Positions 11,440-25,000 of a DNA stretch of 64,000 nt are shown here, piece after piece (position 1 is the first letter of the stretch; each line of letters begins with the position of its first letter). Under the pieces are notes generated by a model, which was given only the letters and a program-made list of their open reading frames with translations, was not told where the DNA came from and ran no database searches. Source of the stretch: Phaeosaccion multiseriatum (lineage: Eukaryota; Protista; Ochrophyta, other classes); NCBI GenBank assembly GCA_965112735.1, contig OZ218953.1:3472001-3536000 (forward strand), read 5' to 3'. The translations under genes and the position numbers were made by a program.

Positions 11440-12474
11440 ATGGCTTTGGACAGGGAGGAGGGGGTGGGTGTTTCGACCTTGGAGATAGCGAACATGAAGA
11501 GGAGGCTGGGAAGCCATGTCCCTATGGATCTAATAGGTGCTAAACGGGTTAGGGGTGGTGCTCCCGCTGGTGTTGGGCCGCTCCCTCCAAGTACTGGGGT
11601 GTTAAAGGTTCCGTCGCCTGGAGCTGTAGCACCAGCTCTCCAACCGGTACCAGCAGTGCTGGGAGACTGTACGGGGCACCCGCATGAGCAGTGTCTTACG
11701 GGGCTTGTGTACGACGATGCTCTGCTGAAGCACCAACACCCACAGCGTAGGCACCCCGAGCGGCCGGAGCGACTGTCCTCCGTGCTGGAGCACCTGCGCA
11801 ACTTGGGGCTGCTGAGGCACTGCCGCGTGCTGGCTGCCCCCCTCGCCGAGGCGAGCGCGCTGCAGGCGGTGCACCACCCCGTGTACCTCTCCAGGCTGCG
11901 CTCCTCGGCGGACATGACGGAGGAGCGGCGCCTGCAGGAGGCAAATGAGCTGGACTCCGTGTACCTCAACGAGCACAGCCCGGACTGCGCGCAGAGGGCG
12001 GCGGGGGGGCTGTGTCTCCTCGTGGAGAGCGTATTGCGCGGGGAGCTGCGGAATGGCCTGGCGCTAGTCCGCCCGCCAGGTGAGGCTGGGGACGGCTGGG
12101 GGGTGCTGAGGCTGTCGGGGTGAGTTTAATTTCGCCTTGTCCGTCAAGGCAAGGACGACACCTCTACAATCTTTTGATAGAGTTGTCTACCATTTCGCTC
12201 CCTCCTCGCTTCCTCTTGTTTGTACTGCAATGTGAGCAGGGCACCACGCGTCCACCCACGCCGGGAAGGGCTTCTGCCTCATCAACAACGTGGCCGTGGC
12301 GGCGCGCCATGCTCTGGACAAGTGCAGCATCGGAGGAGGGGGGGGGGCGGCGCAGGCGGTGCGGAGGGTCCTCATCGTGGACTGGGACGTGCACCACGGC
12401 AACGGCACACAGGAGGCCTTCCTGAACGACCCCGCGGTACGTATTTCAGTAGTAGGCCTGCACACGCACACACA

Positions 12475-12517
<43 letters not shown>

Positions 12518-13912
12518 TTCTGCCTGCTGTCGATTGCTCAGAGAAGCTCACTTCGGCCAATGTTGCTGCCAAGTTTGTCGGTATTGAGGCGGTGCCAGAA
12601 CATCTCACAAATGGCGCGTGCACACACACACTCACTGGTCTTCCCTCCTCAGGTGCTGTACTTTAGCATTCACCGCTACGACTTCGGACGCTTCTACCCA
12701 AACGAACGGTGCGCCTCCAGCCAGGAGGTGGGCAGCGGCGCGGGGCAGGTGAGGCATCAAGATGCTCCGCACAGAGAGGCCTACGTGCACAATGGTTGCC
12801 TGATAACTTGCCTTGCCTGTGTCTCTCTCTGTGCGCAGGGCTTCACCATGAACGTGGCGTGGAATGGGGCGGGGATGGGCGACAGGGAATACCTGGAGGT
12901 CTTCTCGCGTCTGCTCCTGCCTGTGGCCGCAGCGTTCGACCCGCAGCTGGTGAGGCAGGATGAGACGACGAGCGGAGGGGGTTATCGATCGGGGGTCGTG
13001 CAGTCGCCGCCCTGCTGTGCACTAATGTGGTGCCCTGCTACTGCTCTCGCCGTATGGATGTGCTTACCTGTGCTGTCTTGCACTGCACTGTGCCGTGTTG
13101 TGCAATAATAGGTGCTCGTGTCTGCAGGCTTCGACGCCGCCGTCGGAGACCCTCTCGGGGGCTGCAACGTCACCGCACAAGGATTCGCCACCATGACCAA
13201 CATGCTCAGGAAGCTTGCACACGGCAGGTGAGGCCCAGGAGGGGGGTATGATGAGTCGTGTGCCGCCCTGTGCGGCGCCTATCCAGCAGCTGCTTGCCGC
13301 CCTCTTTTGAGTGCTCTCTCGCTCCCTCTCTTCTCTTGGGAGTGCGCGCCTGCTCCAGGTGCTCTTCTCTCATGCCCGCCTCCCCTCCGTGCCCTCGCCT
13401 CCTCGTCTCGCTGTAGGCTCGTGCTGTCTCTGGAGGGCGGCTATCAGCTGTCCATGCTGCAGCACTGCGTGGCGGGCTGTGTGGGTGCGCTGCTTGCTCC
13501 TCCGCATGGCGAGGACCACCACCACCACCAGCAGCAGCAGAAGCTGAGATTTTCCGTGGTGGCAGACGGAACGCACTCAGCAGCAGCAGCAGCAGCAGAA
13601 GCAGCAGCAGCAGCGGCGGCGGCGGCGGCAGCGGCAGCAGCCGCAGCAGCAGCCGCAGCAGCAGCCGCAGCTGCAGCAGTAGTAGTAGCAGGAGTAGGGG
13701 CAAGCATGGGAAAGGGGGAGAAAAGCCGGCTCCTGCCTGTCCCCGGGCTGCTTGACGTGGCTCTGCTGCGGGCGTCGAGCAGGCCATCTGCCAAGGCGGA
13801 GGCCTCGCTCAAGGCCACCATGCGGGCCCATGCACGCTTCTGGGCCGTCTGTGGCGCCGAGGTAGAGGCAGATGCGGCAAGGGGGGAGCAGGAAGGGATT
13901 GCGGCGCGCTGA
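11440..13912 (+). CDS. Class II histone deacetylase (HDA1/HDAC6-like, single catalytic domain), 6 exons
   Basis: [67 protein letters not shown] and LSLEGGY; all catalytic motifs are intact. Confidence 0.95.
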
Positions 13913-14017
13913 GCGCCGATCGACTGTGACTGTGCGGCTAAACTCCCCCCCCTTTAGTTGTTTTTACTGTTATTTGTCATCAGCGTCAATTTTTTAATTT
14001 TTTTTTTTTTATTTTGA

Positions 14018-14264
14018 CACTCGATTTGCGTAAGAATCGCCCAAATCGCCCCCAATAATTTTTTGCACCAACTCCGCAAAATGACGCTGGGAGAAGCGCT
14101 ATACCTCTTCGTGTAGCTCTTTGAGGTGCCTACAGACACACAGTCTTTCGGTTTTCATCGCTTTTCCCCTTCCCTACTCGTCAGCATTTCTGCAAGAGCA
14201 CTCCCCCTTGCCGCCCGACCCCCAAAAAACGGGCGATTTGGGCGATTCTTATGCAAATCGAGAG
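14018..14264. mobile_element. MITE with 34-bp terminal inverted repeats, possibly piggyBac-derived
   Basis: 14018-14051 CACTCGATTTGCGTAAGAATCGCCCAAATCGCCC matches the reverse complement of 14231-14264 at 32/34 positions. Flanked by TTGA (left) and TTAA (right). Non-coding interior, lying between convergent genes. Confidence 0.8.
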
Positions 14265-14433
14265 TTAAATTAATCAAAATTCCTCGCGGAGCCTCTTTGA
14301 ACGGGCAAGCTCGTCCTCTTGCAAACTGCTGAGGGCTCCCTGACTCCCTCCCTTCCTCCTCCCTCCGCAGCAGCGCCCCGGTCCCCCTGCCAGAGCCGCT
14401 CTACAGACAGACAGACAATACACGGTAGTCCCA

Positions 14434-15571
14434 TTACACCATGTTTCTCCCTCGGTTGTTCGTGTCCTCCACCTGCTCCTTCATGGCCGTGGCGAGCTCC
14501 GTGGCGTAGGCGGCGTCAGCCCGACTAAAGGGCACACAGAGCAGAGCGGCAAAAGCAATGGGAGTCGGGCGGCGGGGAGGGGGGGGGGCGGCAAAGAACG
14601 TTTGTTTTCCGTGACCAAACACACGAAGACCTTCCCGGACAAGAGAGGAGGCAAGGTCCCATCCCGAGCCTGGGCATACCCCTGTCCGTGTGCGAGGTGT
14701 GCCCAGCTCAGTCGCCCCCAATCACTCTCAGTCCCTTTCGATTCCTCTCAGTCACTCACCGATCCGACTCGTCGGGCACGTGGTGCATGGGCGGCAGCAT
14801 GGAGTCCGGCACGGCCTCGCACCACAGGTCCGCACAGTTGGCCAAGAAGGGCTTGTGCGGTTCGTCTCCCCGGCGGTGCTCCCCCCTCAAGAACTCGTTG
14901 GTGGTCTGCCCCTTGCACAGCAGGAACACGTGGAAGCCCACCATGGCCCCCACAAGGAGGGTGATGAGCAGCGTCCAGGTGGCCAGCAGCGGCACGGCGT
15001 ACTTGCTGCCCTTGATCAAGCCCTCCCCGTCCGTAAGGCCTGCAGAGAGAGAGATATAGAGAGAGGGAGAGAGCCACACACCGCACACCGTTGTAAGCGC
15101 TGGTAGCGTGCAGGTGGCAGGTGACAAATGGCAAGCTGTGGAATGCAAGCCCTACAGCCCTGTTGTCCGAAAGCCATGGCCTGCCCCACCGCACACTATT
15201 CCCTCTCGGGAGTGTTAGCCCTGCCCATATGCCCCTGCCCATATGCCCCTGCCCATATGCCTCTGCCCACCTGCCCCTTCCCATATGCCTCTGCCCACCT
15301 GCCCCTGCCCATATGCCTCTGCCCACCTGCCCCTTCCCATATGCCTCTGCCCACCTGCCCCTTCCCATGCCCCTGCCCATATGCCTCTGCCCATATGCCT
15401 CTGCCCACCTGCCGGCCCCTTCTTGCCAATCTTGGTCATGATGTGCAGCACGCTGAGGCCCAGCACGTAGCTGCTCGACGCCAGGACGAGCAGGATGAAC
15501 ACGAAGAATGGGCGGTAGTTGCGCCGCCCCACGCAGTTGCCCGTCCTGCGCGATGGCCAAGCGAAGCGAGA

Positions 15572-15615
<44 letters not shown>

Positions 15616-18454
15616 AGCGCACGAGCCCTCGTCAGTCAGAGGCACGAGGCAAGACATCTCAAAGCGTCGCTTGCTTTCGCTTCTTACGATGCACTTACCA
15701 GGGGCAATGGTGATCGAACCGGAGCACACAGTTATTACAGTGCCGGCAGTGCTGTGCGACGAAAGCATAGGAGAGGGAGAGCATCGATCAATCGCCGGTG
15801 GAGCAGCTCAAGAGGGACAGGGAGGTAGAGGGAAGGGGGGATCTTGAGCACTCGCACTCCTACCTACACTCACCTTGGCTCGGGGCGGCCTCAGAATGTG
15901 GCACGTGCTGCAATAGTTGAGCTTGTCCTTCACGTCGGGAGGCATGCTCTGGAGGAAGAAGAAGAGGGGAGGGCGGAGAGGCAGGCAGAGGAGGGACGAG
16001 CGCCGGGGGGCGTGAGGGTTTCCGCGCTCGCGCATCCACCTCTCAACTCTCAATTCTCAACTCTCTCTCTCTCTGACACACACACAAGCACACACAGACT
16101 CACCTCCACCAGTCTGTTAAAGGGCCTCCTCGGAATGATGCCCGGGTCTTTGGCCGAGCTCAGAAAGAGCGTGACGAACGTCCCGACAATGAGCACAGCG
16201 GGCACGGCGGCGTAGGGCCACTCCGCGATGTCGGGGTACACAATCAAGAAGAAGAGACCCCATGTTGTCGTCATCATGAAGATGGATAGGAACTGAACTC
16301 GGCCATGAAATAGAGAGAGAGAGGGAGAGGAGCCAGAGAGTTGAGAGAGGCAGAGCAGAGTGAGAGGGAGAGGGAGAAACGAGAGAGAGACAACAACAGA
16401 GAGAAAGGCAGCGTGAGATAAAAGAGAGAGAGCAACGAGACAGACACAAGACAGGAAGCGAAGCCATGGCAGACAGGAAGGGAAGGGAGAAGACGCACAG
16501 CTGCGTCAATCACGGCCACAGCAAGCAGCCCCCCCCCCCCCCCTCACCCTCATCTCCAGCCCCATCCTTCCTCACCAGCTGCCTCCAGTGCACACCGAGC
16601 ATGAGGCGCCCGCCGCAGAAGAACCTGTTGTTGCCCTTCCAACGTGTAAACCTACGCTTGTCCACACCGACATTCTCGGCCATGCTGTTCGCCCCCCCCA
16701 CCGACCCTCCGCCGGCCCCCGCCTGGTTGTTTACCCCACCGCCGTTGCCCTCCTCCAGCGCTACCCACCCCTTCCTGCTCCTGGACGACACCGAAGAGCT
16801 CCTGTATCCCCCACCGCCATCCGTGTGGCTGCTCCTGCTCCGGCTGCGAGCTCTCCTCTCAGATTTTTCTTCTGAGCGGCCTTGGCGGCCTTGCAGGTCG
16901 CTGAAGCTGCCCCCTGGGGACGATTGCCTGTGTCCGCTGCCATCCCCCCTGCTGTGCCTGCGCACCCTCCTGGTGTGCATTACCTCGCTCTCTATAGAAG
17001 GGCTCCTGCTCCTCGAGGCCCTGGAACTTCGCCGGGACGATCTCCTTCCCTTGCCCCCCCTGCTCTTATCCCTCACCGAGCTTCCCTCCGGGGAGGCCGG
17101 CTCACTATCCGTCTGACCCTGACCCTGGCCTTGATCATGACCCTGACCCTGACCCTGACCCTGACCCTGACCGTGATTCCCGTTACTAGACGAACGCCTT
17201 GAGTTCGTTAACTTCTTCTGCAGACTATTCGTCGAGCTCGAGAGTCTCCTCTGTAGCTCGCGGATCGATGCGGGAACGTTGCTCCCGCTGGAATGCGTCC
17301 CCGCTGCCTTGGGCGGCACCACAGGAACCATCTCCACCACGCCGACTCCGTGGCTGCTGCCGTACCCCGACACCAGAGATTCACCCTCCGACTCGCCCCC
17401 CCCCCCAGCGTGGGACACGGACTGGGACCCTCCGTCCGTGGTGAGAATGCCCAACGCGGATAGGCTGTCGTCAAACATGTCATGTTGCTGTTGGTCCTGA
17501 TACATGTCCATGTGCACGCTCAAGTCCTCGTCCTCGTCCTCGTCATCGTCCTCGTCCTCGTCCTCCTCCTCCTTGTCGTCCCCACCCCCCCTCCCCTCGT
17601 GCGGATTGAAGTGAGTGCTCGCGCTCCCCCTACTCCCCGCCCGGGAGCTCTTGCTGCCGTACCGCACGGCCTCGCCATAGGGCATTTCCGCATACTCCAC
17701 CTGCCCAGAGTGGAATGGATATAATGCAGTGCGTCGGTCATGTGTCGTGCCGCAGGAGGGGGGGAAGTGAGGCGTCCCTCCCCGCGCACCTCAAGGCGCA
17801 CACACACTCACTAGTCTCCTTCCACTCACTCACCTGGTCGTCTTCGGCCCTCTGCCGCTGCAAGGCCTCCTCCAGCTCTCTGATGCGAGCTTTTGCGCTC
17901 CTCCTTCTGCCTCCCTCCCCCCCTGCCGCTTCTGCTGCCGACTCTCCCTGCCACCCCCCTTCCTCCTCATCGTCAGACATTCTCTGGTAGCTGCTCTGCT
18001 TGCCGCCCGTACTCGCCCTCTCTGCTCCCCCTGAGGTCTTGGTTCCTCCCGTCGCCGCTCCTGCCCCTGCTGCATCTCCACCCTTGGCGGGAGAGAAAAT
18101 ATTTCTGTTCGACCCTTTCCTCTTGAGCAAGGCGCTCACTCCAAACTTACTCTTCTTCTTCTTCCCAGCTGGGGGTACCCCGAAGTCGCCTGATTCACCC
18201 CTCTCACCCCTCTCGGTAGGTGCGCCTCGGTCGCTTGCCCCAAAATCCGGCGCCGCGGAGAAATTGGATTCCTGCCCGACGCTTATGATGGACTCGTCCC
18301 CGTCGTACCCGCCATCGACGATCGGGTCGGAGCTCCGACCAGCGCCTTTCCGCCTCCCCCCGCCCTCAGCCATCCCGCCCCTTTGCTCCACTACTGCTTC
18401 CCTTCTTTGGGAGACCAGGCCTCCTCCTTCCTCGGGAGGTGTTGAGACCTGCAT
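14434..18454 (-). CDS. DHHC palmitoyltransferase (ERF2/ZDHHC9-14-18-like) with long disordered N-terminus, ~8 exons; start uncertain
   Basis: [65 protein letters not shown] and [14 protein letters not shown]. Confidence 0.93.
15220..15411. repeat. Intronic minisatellite (~29-30 bp units built from CCCATATGCC/TCTGCCCACCTG)
   Basis: Visible tandem copies starting at the minus-strand donor GCAG|GTGGGC of the DHHC gene. Confidence 0.9.
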
Positions 18455-19043
18455 GGGGCCCAGGCAAAGCCAATGCCAGAGAACGAATCACACAGCAGCA
18501 GCAGCAGCAGCAGCACCGGCAGCAACAGCAGCAGCGGGAAAGATGCACGCAATTGTGTGGCATGTGCGTTAGTGCTAAAAGCAACAGCAGCGGCAAATCG
18601 TATGTTCCGGCCCCTCCCATAGGGGGGACAAGATTTTGAAAGAATTTGCCCAGTACGAATCTTGCCTCTACGGCAGCAATGTCGGTGCGAATGCAGGCAC
18701 ACGAGGTGGAGCAAGCACATAAGGGTGGGTGGAAACAGGAGACCAATTCCTTCTTCCTTACCTTATCGGAAGACCCCCTTCCCTTTGCCCAACCCCGGGC
18801 CCTTTGACTAGGCCCAAAGAATGGTTACCGCAGAGAACAAGCAAACAGGTTCCGGAACGAGACACACCCTCCCCGACCAGTCTAATGAAGCAGAGGAGCA
18901 GAACTGACCAACAGTGGTTTGCCTTTTGTCTTGTTTTGCTTTTTACGAGCCCTCTCTTGATGACGATGGGACAGAACCGGGGTAAGTTGAAACTCAAACT
19001 CCTTCTCTTCTGTGTTCTTGTGCCCGAGAGGCGGCATCCAGCC

Positions 19044-22000
19044 ATGGCGACGGGATGCGGAGGAGGCCTCTCGCCGCCGCACTTCGTGCCAAAGCTCGGG
19101 AAGAGCAGCAGCCAAAAGGTACGTCGAACTTTGCTCAAGAGGGTGCGCCTTTTTCGGGCGGACCTTCGGAAGGTCTCGTCGGATGTCCTCGTCGATGCAA
19201 ACCTGGAGGGAACCATGTTGCGATTGATCGTTAGTCGCGTTATGTACACCCCTTCTAACGTCTGACGTCTAGCTTTTTCTTGTTGCCTTTTGTTGGTCTC
19301 TTGCTCTCTCTTCTCTCTCGCTTGCTCTCTTCATCTCTCTCTCTCTCTGTCTGTCTGTCTCTCTCTTCTGTCTCTTTCTACCCCTCTCTGCCTCTCGCTC
19401 TCTCTCTTGCGGTATCTCTTGCTCTCTGTCCCCCCTCTCTCTGCATCGCTCTCTCGCTCGCTTTCTCCCACCCTCTCCCTCTGTTTGCCTCTCTGTATCT
19501 CTCCCTCTCCCTCTCTCTGCCCTCTCCCGCGCTCGCGCCCTCTCTCTCGCTTTATCTCCCGCGCTCTTGTCTCTCTCACCCTCTCTCTCTTGCTCCCCCT
19601 GCTCCCCCCCCCCAGGCGTTGGTGAGTGTGGTCCCTGTGAAGGACGTGGTGGCATGGGGGGAGATGTCGAGCGTGGACCTTCTCAGCCTCTCCGCCATGG
19701 ACCTCGGCTTCGGTGGCGCCATCTCCTCAGTCGGCAGCGACAGCGGGGTAGGCGAAGTGCTCCTCCCTCCCCAGCCGCCTGCTCCTGGAGGGGGAGCCGC
19801 TTCGAGGTCCGCGGAGAGCAGAGAAGCAGGAGGGGAGTTTGGGCAGCCATACGGCCGCACCAACCAAGCATTCGGCTGTGGCGGAAAGGCGGGCATGGGG
19901 CGGGAGGGCGGTGGCTGTAGTAAAAGTAGTAGTAGCAGCAGCAGCAGCAGCAGCCGCAGCAGCTCAGGCCCCGCGGGGTGGGAGGCAGGTGGCATCGACT
20001 TTATGGGCGCCGTGGACGGCTTCAAGACGCTCTTCAAGTGAGGCTGACCGGGGAATGCGCACTCGTCTTCGGGGTTGAGGACCCGGCTGCTACTTACTAC
20101 TGGCACCCTCACAAACACGTCATTGGATGACCAACTGCTGTACCCCCCTCCCCACTAACGCATCCCCCACCGCCCCTCTGCTGCTCCTTGTCCGGGCAGA
20201 GTACCCTACACGCAGGATGCAGTGGTGGTGGGCTTTCACCGCGTGGGGCGGACGCTGGTGGTGGATGGAGACCTCGGAGACGTTTTTTCTCACCCCCCCC
20301 AGCAGCAAGGGCAGCAGCAGCGGCAGAAGCAGCAGCAGCATCAAGGGCAGCAGCAGAAGCAAGGGCAGCAGGGGGCGAGAGGGACAGGCGAAGAGGACCG
20401 CGGCAGTGGGAATCGCCAGAGGGAAAGCGTTGGGACCGAAGGAAAGGAGGAGCATAGCCGCACCCATCAGCAGCAGCAGCAGCAGCAGCCGTGGCTCTTG
20501 GCAGGAGGTCGGGGCGAGAGAAAGGCGCCGGATAGGGAAGCGGACAGCACTACGGCACAGACGGTGGCAGAGCCGACAAGAGGCTCCCAGCCCAGCCCTG
20601 GGGATGCCATTGCCAATCACGCGGTCACGACTTGGGCCTCGGCAGTGGCGCGGGGCGGCAAGAGTGAGGGGCCGGGGGTGGGCAAGGCCGTGCTCTCCGA
20701 CGGCATCACCTCGCTCGTACCCTCGCGTCTCACGCTCACGGCCACCAAGCGCGGGCGGCGCAGCCCCAGGCAAAGGCGAGTCGACGCGGACGCCGATCTG
20801 TCTCCCCCGCGAGACCCCCACAGCTTCTGGAGGCACTCACCCTACGAAGTGGGCGGCGTGAAGCTGCTGTGCGGTAGTAGCAGCAGGGGGCAGGCCAGGA
20901 ATAGTTGCATCGTGTCGGCGGAGGGGCTGCCACGAGTGTCCGTCAAGGTGCACGACGAGGAGGAGACGTTGGAGCTGTGTACCACGCTGGACTACTACCT
21001 GGAGAACGTTATGGAGAACATTCCCGAGCTGGCTCTTTGCATGCGAGCCAAGGGCTACATTCAGGGGTGCCGTGTCGTTCGCACGGAGGACATTCCCTAC
21101 CTGGCGTCAGGACGGACGACGAGGAGCAGAAGCAGAGCAGCAGGTGCAGCCGCAACAGCCGCGGCTGGTGATGGTGATGGCAGCCGACAGGAGGAAAAAG
21201 GAGGGGGCAATGGGGAGGGTGGGGCCGGATTGAGCGGCGGAGGAGGGCCGCGTGTCTTGCCGGGAGGCACGGGCCCTAACAGCAGCAGCAGCAGAAGAAG
21301 AAGAAGAAGCGAGAGCAGAACCGGCAGAGAAAACAGCCGCGCCGCTGAGGCTGAGCCCCCCCCGTCTCCGCTGTTCGATCCCGCAGTGGTGGACCTCAAT
21401 GCTACAATGCTCATGCGCTTCTTGCAGGAGAACTGCTCCAGAGAAGGAGGGTAAGTAAGTCGCGAACAATCAAGTGACAGTGACAGCCTTTCACCTCCCT
21501 TTCATCTCCCTTTGACAGTCTTTCGTCTCCCCACTTCGTTTCCCTTGTCATGTCCACCCTCAGGACGTACCTCCTGCACCGCGAGGCTGGCGGCCGGCAC
21601 GTGCAGCTCTTCGACGTTGGCGTCCTGAGCCAGCAGCACGCCAAGAAGTGGAAGTGGCTCCTTGCCATGCTGTGCTACCGCTTCGCACAGAGGATCAGGC
21701 ACCACGTTCGCCTCGCGCTGCCCGGAGACCGCAGCGAGGCCGAGGCGTTCCGAAGGCAGCTGCAGGGAAGGAGGAGGCAGCTGCTCACCAACTCGCTGCA
21801 GCTGTTGCACGAGCTTGCGGACTTGGGCTGCGGTAGGCATGAGACCATATGCGCCAATGTCCAGGCCCTCATTGCAGACACCTACCTCGAGGGACTGGAG
21901 GGAGGGTTGGAGGGGATGGGAGGGAGACGAGGTGGTGGGGAGGTAGCGAGGAGACGGGGGCGCGGGGAGGCGAAAGAGGAGGACGGCGCGAGGGCGGAGC

Positions 22001-25000
22001 AGAGAGGGGCGAAGAAGGATGGGGGTGGGGCTGCGGCGGACGGCGGCGATGGCGGAGGAGGAGGAGGAGGAGGAGGAGGAGGAGGAGGAGGAGGAGGAGG
22101 AGGAGGAGGAGGAGGAGGAGGAGGAGGAAGCGGAGGGCGAGCAAAGGCCCTGAAAAAGGGCAAGGGCAAGGGCAGGGGCAAAGGCAAGGCGGGCGGCGGT
22201 GGTGGTGGCGGTGGCGGCGGTGGCGGCGGTGGGGGTGCGGGCAGCGACACGAGCAGCGATGGAGCAAAGGCCTTGATGGCCAACGGGGACAAAGTCGGTG
22301 AAGGCGAAGGCCAAGGCATGGTTCAGGTGCATTCGCTGTATCCCGGCGGGGACGTGCTGAAGGCCTCTGAGCACCTCTCCAACGCCATCGCCGCGCTGAA
22401 GCTGGCCATGCTCCGCCAGGAAGCCGCCGCCGCTACCCTACAGAGGAGGAGGGCGAACAGGGAAGCACCAGGCCAAAGGGACGGTGAGAGAGGGGGAGGA
22501 GGGCCGGGGCGGCGGACACCGGGGGGGGAGGAGGTGACTGTGATTCTGCATGAGAGCACGCCGGTGGCGGTGATGCGACCAGCGGGGGGCACTCTCGAGG
22601 GGCGCGAGGAGGACGGGCAGGAGGAGGCCGAGGAGGAGGAGGGGGGGGAGGAGGAAGGGCGGAGAGAGGAAGATGCGGATGCCGCCGTGGCTCTGTTCAT
22701 GCTGTCACGCCAGCTGCTGGAGCTGCAAGTGAAGCTTGTGCACGTGGGCCTGGCGGGCCTGGGATCGGGGCATGCCGCGGTGACGGCAGAGGGAGAGGCA
22801 CTGCTGCAGGAGCCCCCGCCCTCTCCTTCCCCCTCAGGACCCTCTCAATTGGGCCCCCAGCCCCAAGCAGCCCCAGCGCCCGCGGTGGCGCTCGGAGACG
22901 CCATCAAAGAGGCGGCGGGCGGCTTGCAGGAGGTGGTGCGGCAGGTAAGGACAGGAACGATAGAGAGGCAGAGAGGGAGAAAGAGAGAGAGAGGGAGTTA
23001 AGAGAGGGAGGGCGAGAGAGAGAGGGAGGGAGGGAGAGAAAGAGAGAAGGAGAGGGAGATGAGAGAGTGAGAGAGAGGGAGGGAGGGAGAGAGACAGAGA
23101 GGGAGAGAGAGATGGAGCGGCAGATAGGGGCAGGGACTGTAGGCGGCGAGGCGGGCTGTGTGTGTGCCCTGCGCTGGGGGCCGCAGAGGTTGGGTCACCA
23201 TTGACATCGTCCCTCACCCTGCCCCTCGTCCTTTGCTCTCTCTTTCAGCTGAGTGAAGCAGACATGATGTTGGAGAGGCATGCCGCTATCGTGCGGCAGC
23301 TTCAGGAAGCAAAGCAGGCCCTGGCCGGCGCCTTCAACCCCGACTTAGATGGGAGAGTATCCCCTTCCCCTTCCCCGCCCCCTGCTCCTACTGCTCCTGC
23401 TGCGGGAGGAGGTGGCCACAGCGGCGCACGAACCAATTCTGGGGGCGGGGGCGGGGGCGAGGATGAGGACGCCAACGAGGGCGGGGAGGAGCTGCGTCAT
23501 TCCCGCCGCGAGCTGCACAGGCAGTGGGCCGACGCCCTCGCGCTGAGCGGCGACTTGTGTCGCGCTGCGGCTCTGCTACCCCCCTCTCTGCAGTACGGGG
23601 GCGCAGAGGACGGGGGAGTGTGTGATTTTGGGCCGGGCGGCAAGGCGAGCAGCGGCGAGGCAGGCAGTGCCGAGGCTGGCAAGGCAAGCAGTAGCAAGGC
23701 AGGGGCAGGCAGCGGTGGTAATGGCAGCAGCGGTGGCGAGGGAGGTGGCCGGAGGGGCAGCGGAAGGAGTCGGAGCAACCGAAACACTCCGGTGTGGGAC
23801 TCGCTGGCTCCTCTGCTGCGGTCTCTCACGCCCCCCCTGGCGCCGGAGAGCATGGACGTTTGCGAGGCGGTACACGGGAGGGTGCTGCAAGCGTTACTTT
23901 TGCACGGGGGGACAAGCAGTTGTAGTAGCAGTAGTAGCAGCAGCAGCAGCGAGCCCGAGAGGGGGGAGCAGCCGCCAAGTGAGGCCGAGAGGGGGTGCGA
24001 CGGACATGCCGAGGTCGATTGCCCGTGCCTCTGCAGTGAATGGAGGAGTAGTAGCAGCAGTAGCAGCAGCAGTAGTACTATTAGTAATAGCGCTGCCGCT
24101 TGTCAGGCCGGTGCGGATGCATGGCAAGCAGACTTGGCGGCCTACGCGAGCTACAAACACGCCCGGGGGCGGCTTCGGCAAGAGAGAGACGCACTGCGGG
24201 AAGAGGGGGTGGAGCCAGGGGGGGGGGGGGGCACGGCAGCAGCAACTCACGGTGGTGGTGAGGCAGCAAAGAGCGATGGTGGCATTGGCGGCGACTGGGG
24301 CACGGGCGGTATGCATGGGGTCTCTGCAGCAGAGGAGGGAATAGACATGTTGGAGCTGGAGCTTACCCGCAAGATAGCAGACGCGGCCAACGAAGTGGGT
24401 AAGCGCCTGGCAGCGAGAACCCGCGCTCTGCACCGGAGTAGTGCGCCCCACGGGGAGGGGAAGGAGGCCACAGGGGAGCGGAAGAAGGCCTTGCTCTGCG
24501 CGGCGAGCCTGGCTGCGGGGCTGCACTGGTTCGAGAGCAGTCTGAAGGAGTGGGAGAGCGTGGCCGACGCGCCCAACACGGCCCTTTTGCTGTGTAACTT
24601 GTCTAACATGTGCAAGCTTAGGCCAGGGGTGTGGCAGGCAGCCATGCAGCAGCAGCAGCAGCAGCAGCAACAGCAGGAGGACGACAGGGAAGAGGATGAG
24701 AAGGAGAATAAGAAGAAGCCGCAGCAGAAAGAGGACAGGGAGGAGAAGAAGCAACAGCAGGAGGAGGAGGAGGAGGAGGAGGAGGAGGAGGAGGAGGCGA
24801 GGGGAGTGGAGAGGGAGGGCTTGACGACAAGGCCCAAGAGTGGACAAGATGCTTTGCTGCGGGAACTGACCGTGTCAGCATTCGAACACGCCGTGGCCTT
24901 GTGCGAGAGGGCGCACGACAAAGTGTTGTTCCAGAGGGAGCTGCACCCCGCGGCGTGGGACGGGGTCAGCGCTGAGCTAGCCATGACCTACCTCGCACAT

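Noticed and set aside
15128-15847. Repetitive Pro/Cys-rich ORFs, or a CRISPR-like array, over the 15220-15411 repeat
   Set aside because: The repeats are contiguous with no unique spacers, lie in an intron and have no cas genes nearby. This is a minisatellite.
22050-22240. Long (GGA)n/poly-Gly tract, and similar poly-Ala/Gln/Ser tracts elsewhere
   Set aside because: Coding trinucleotide expansions are pervasive across the window and not locus-specific.
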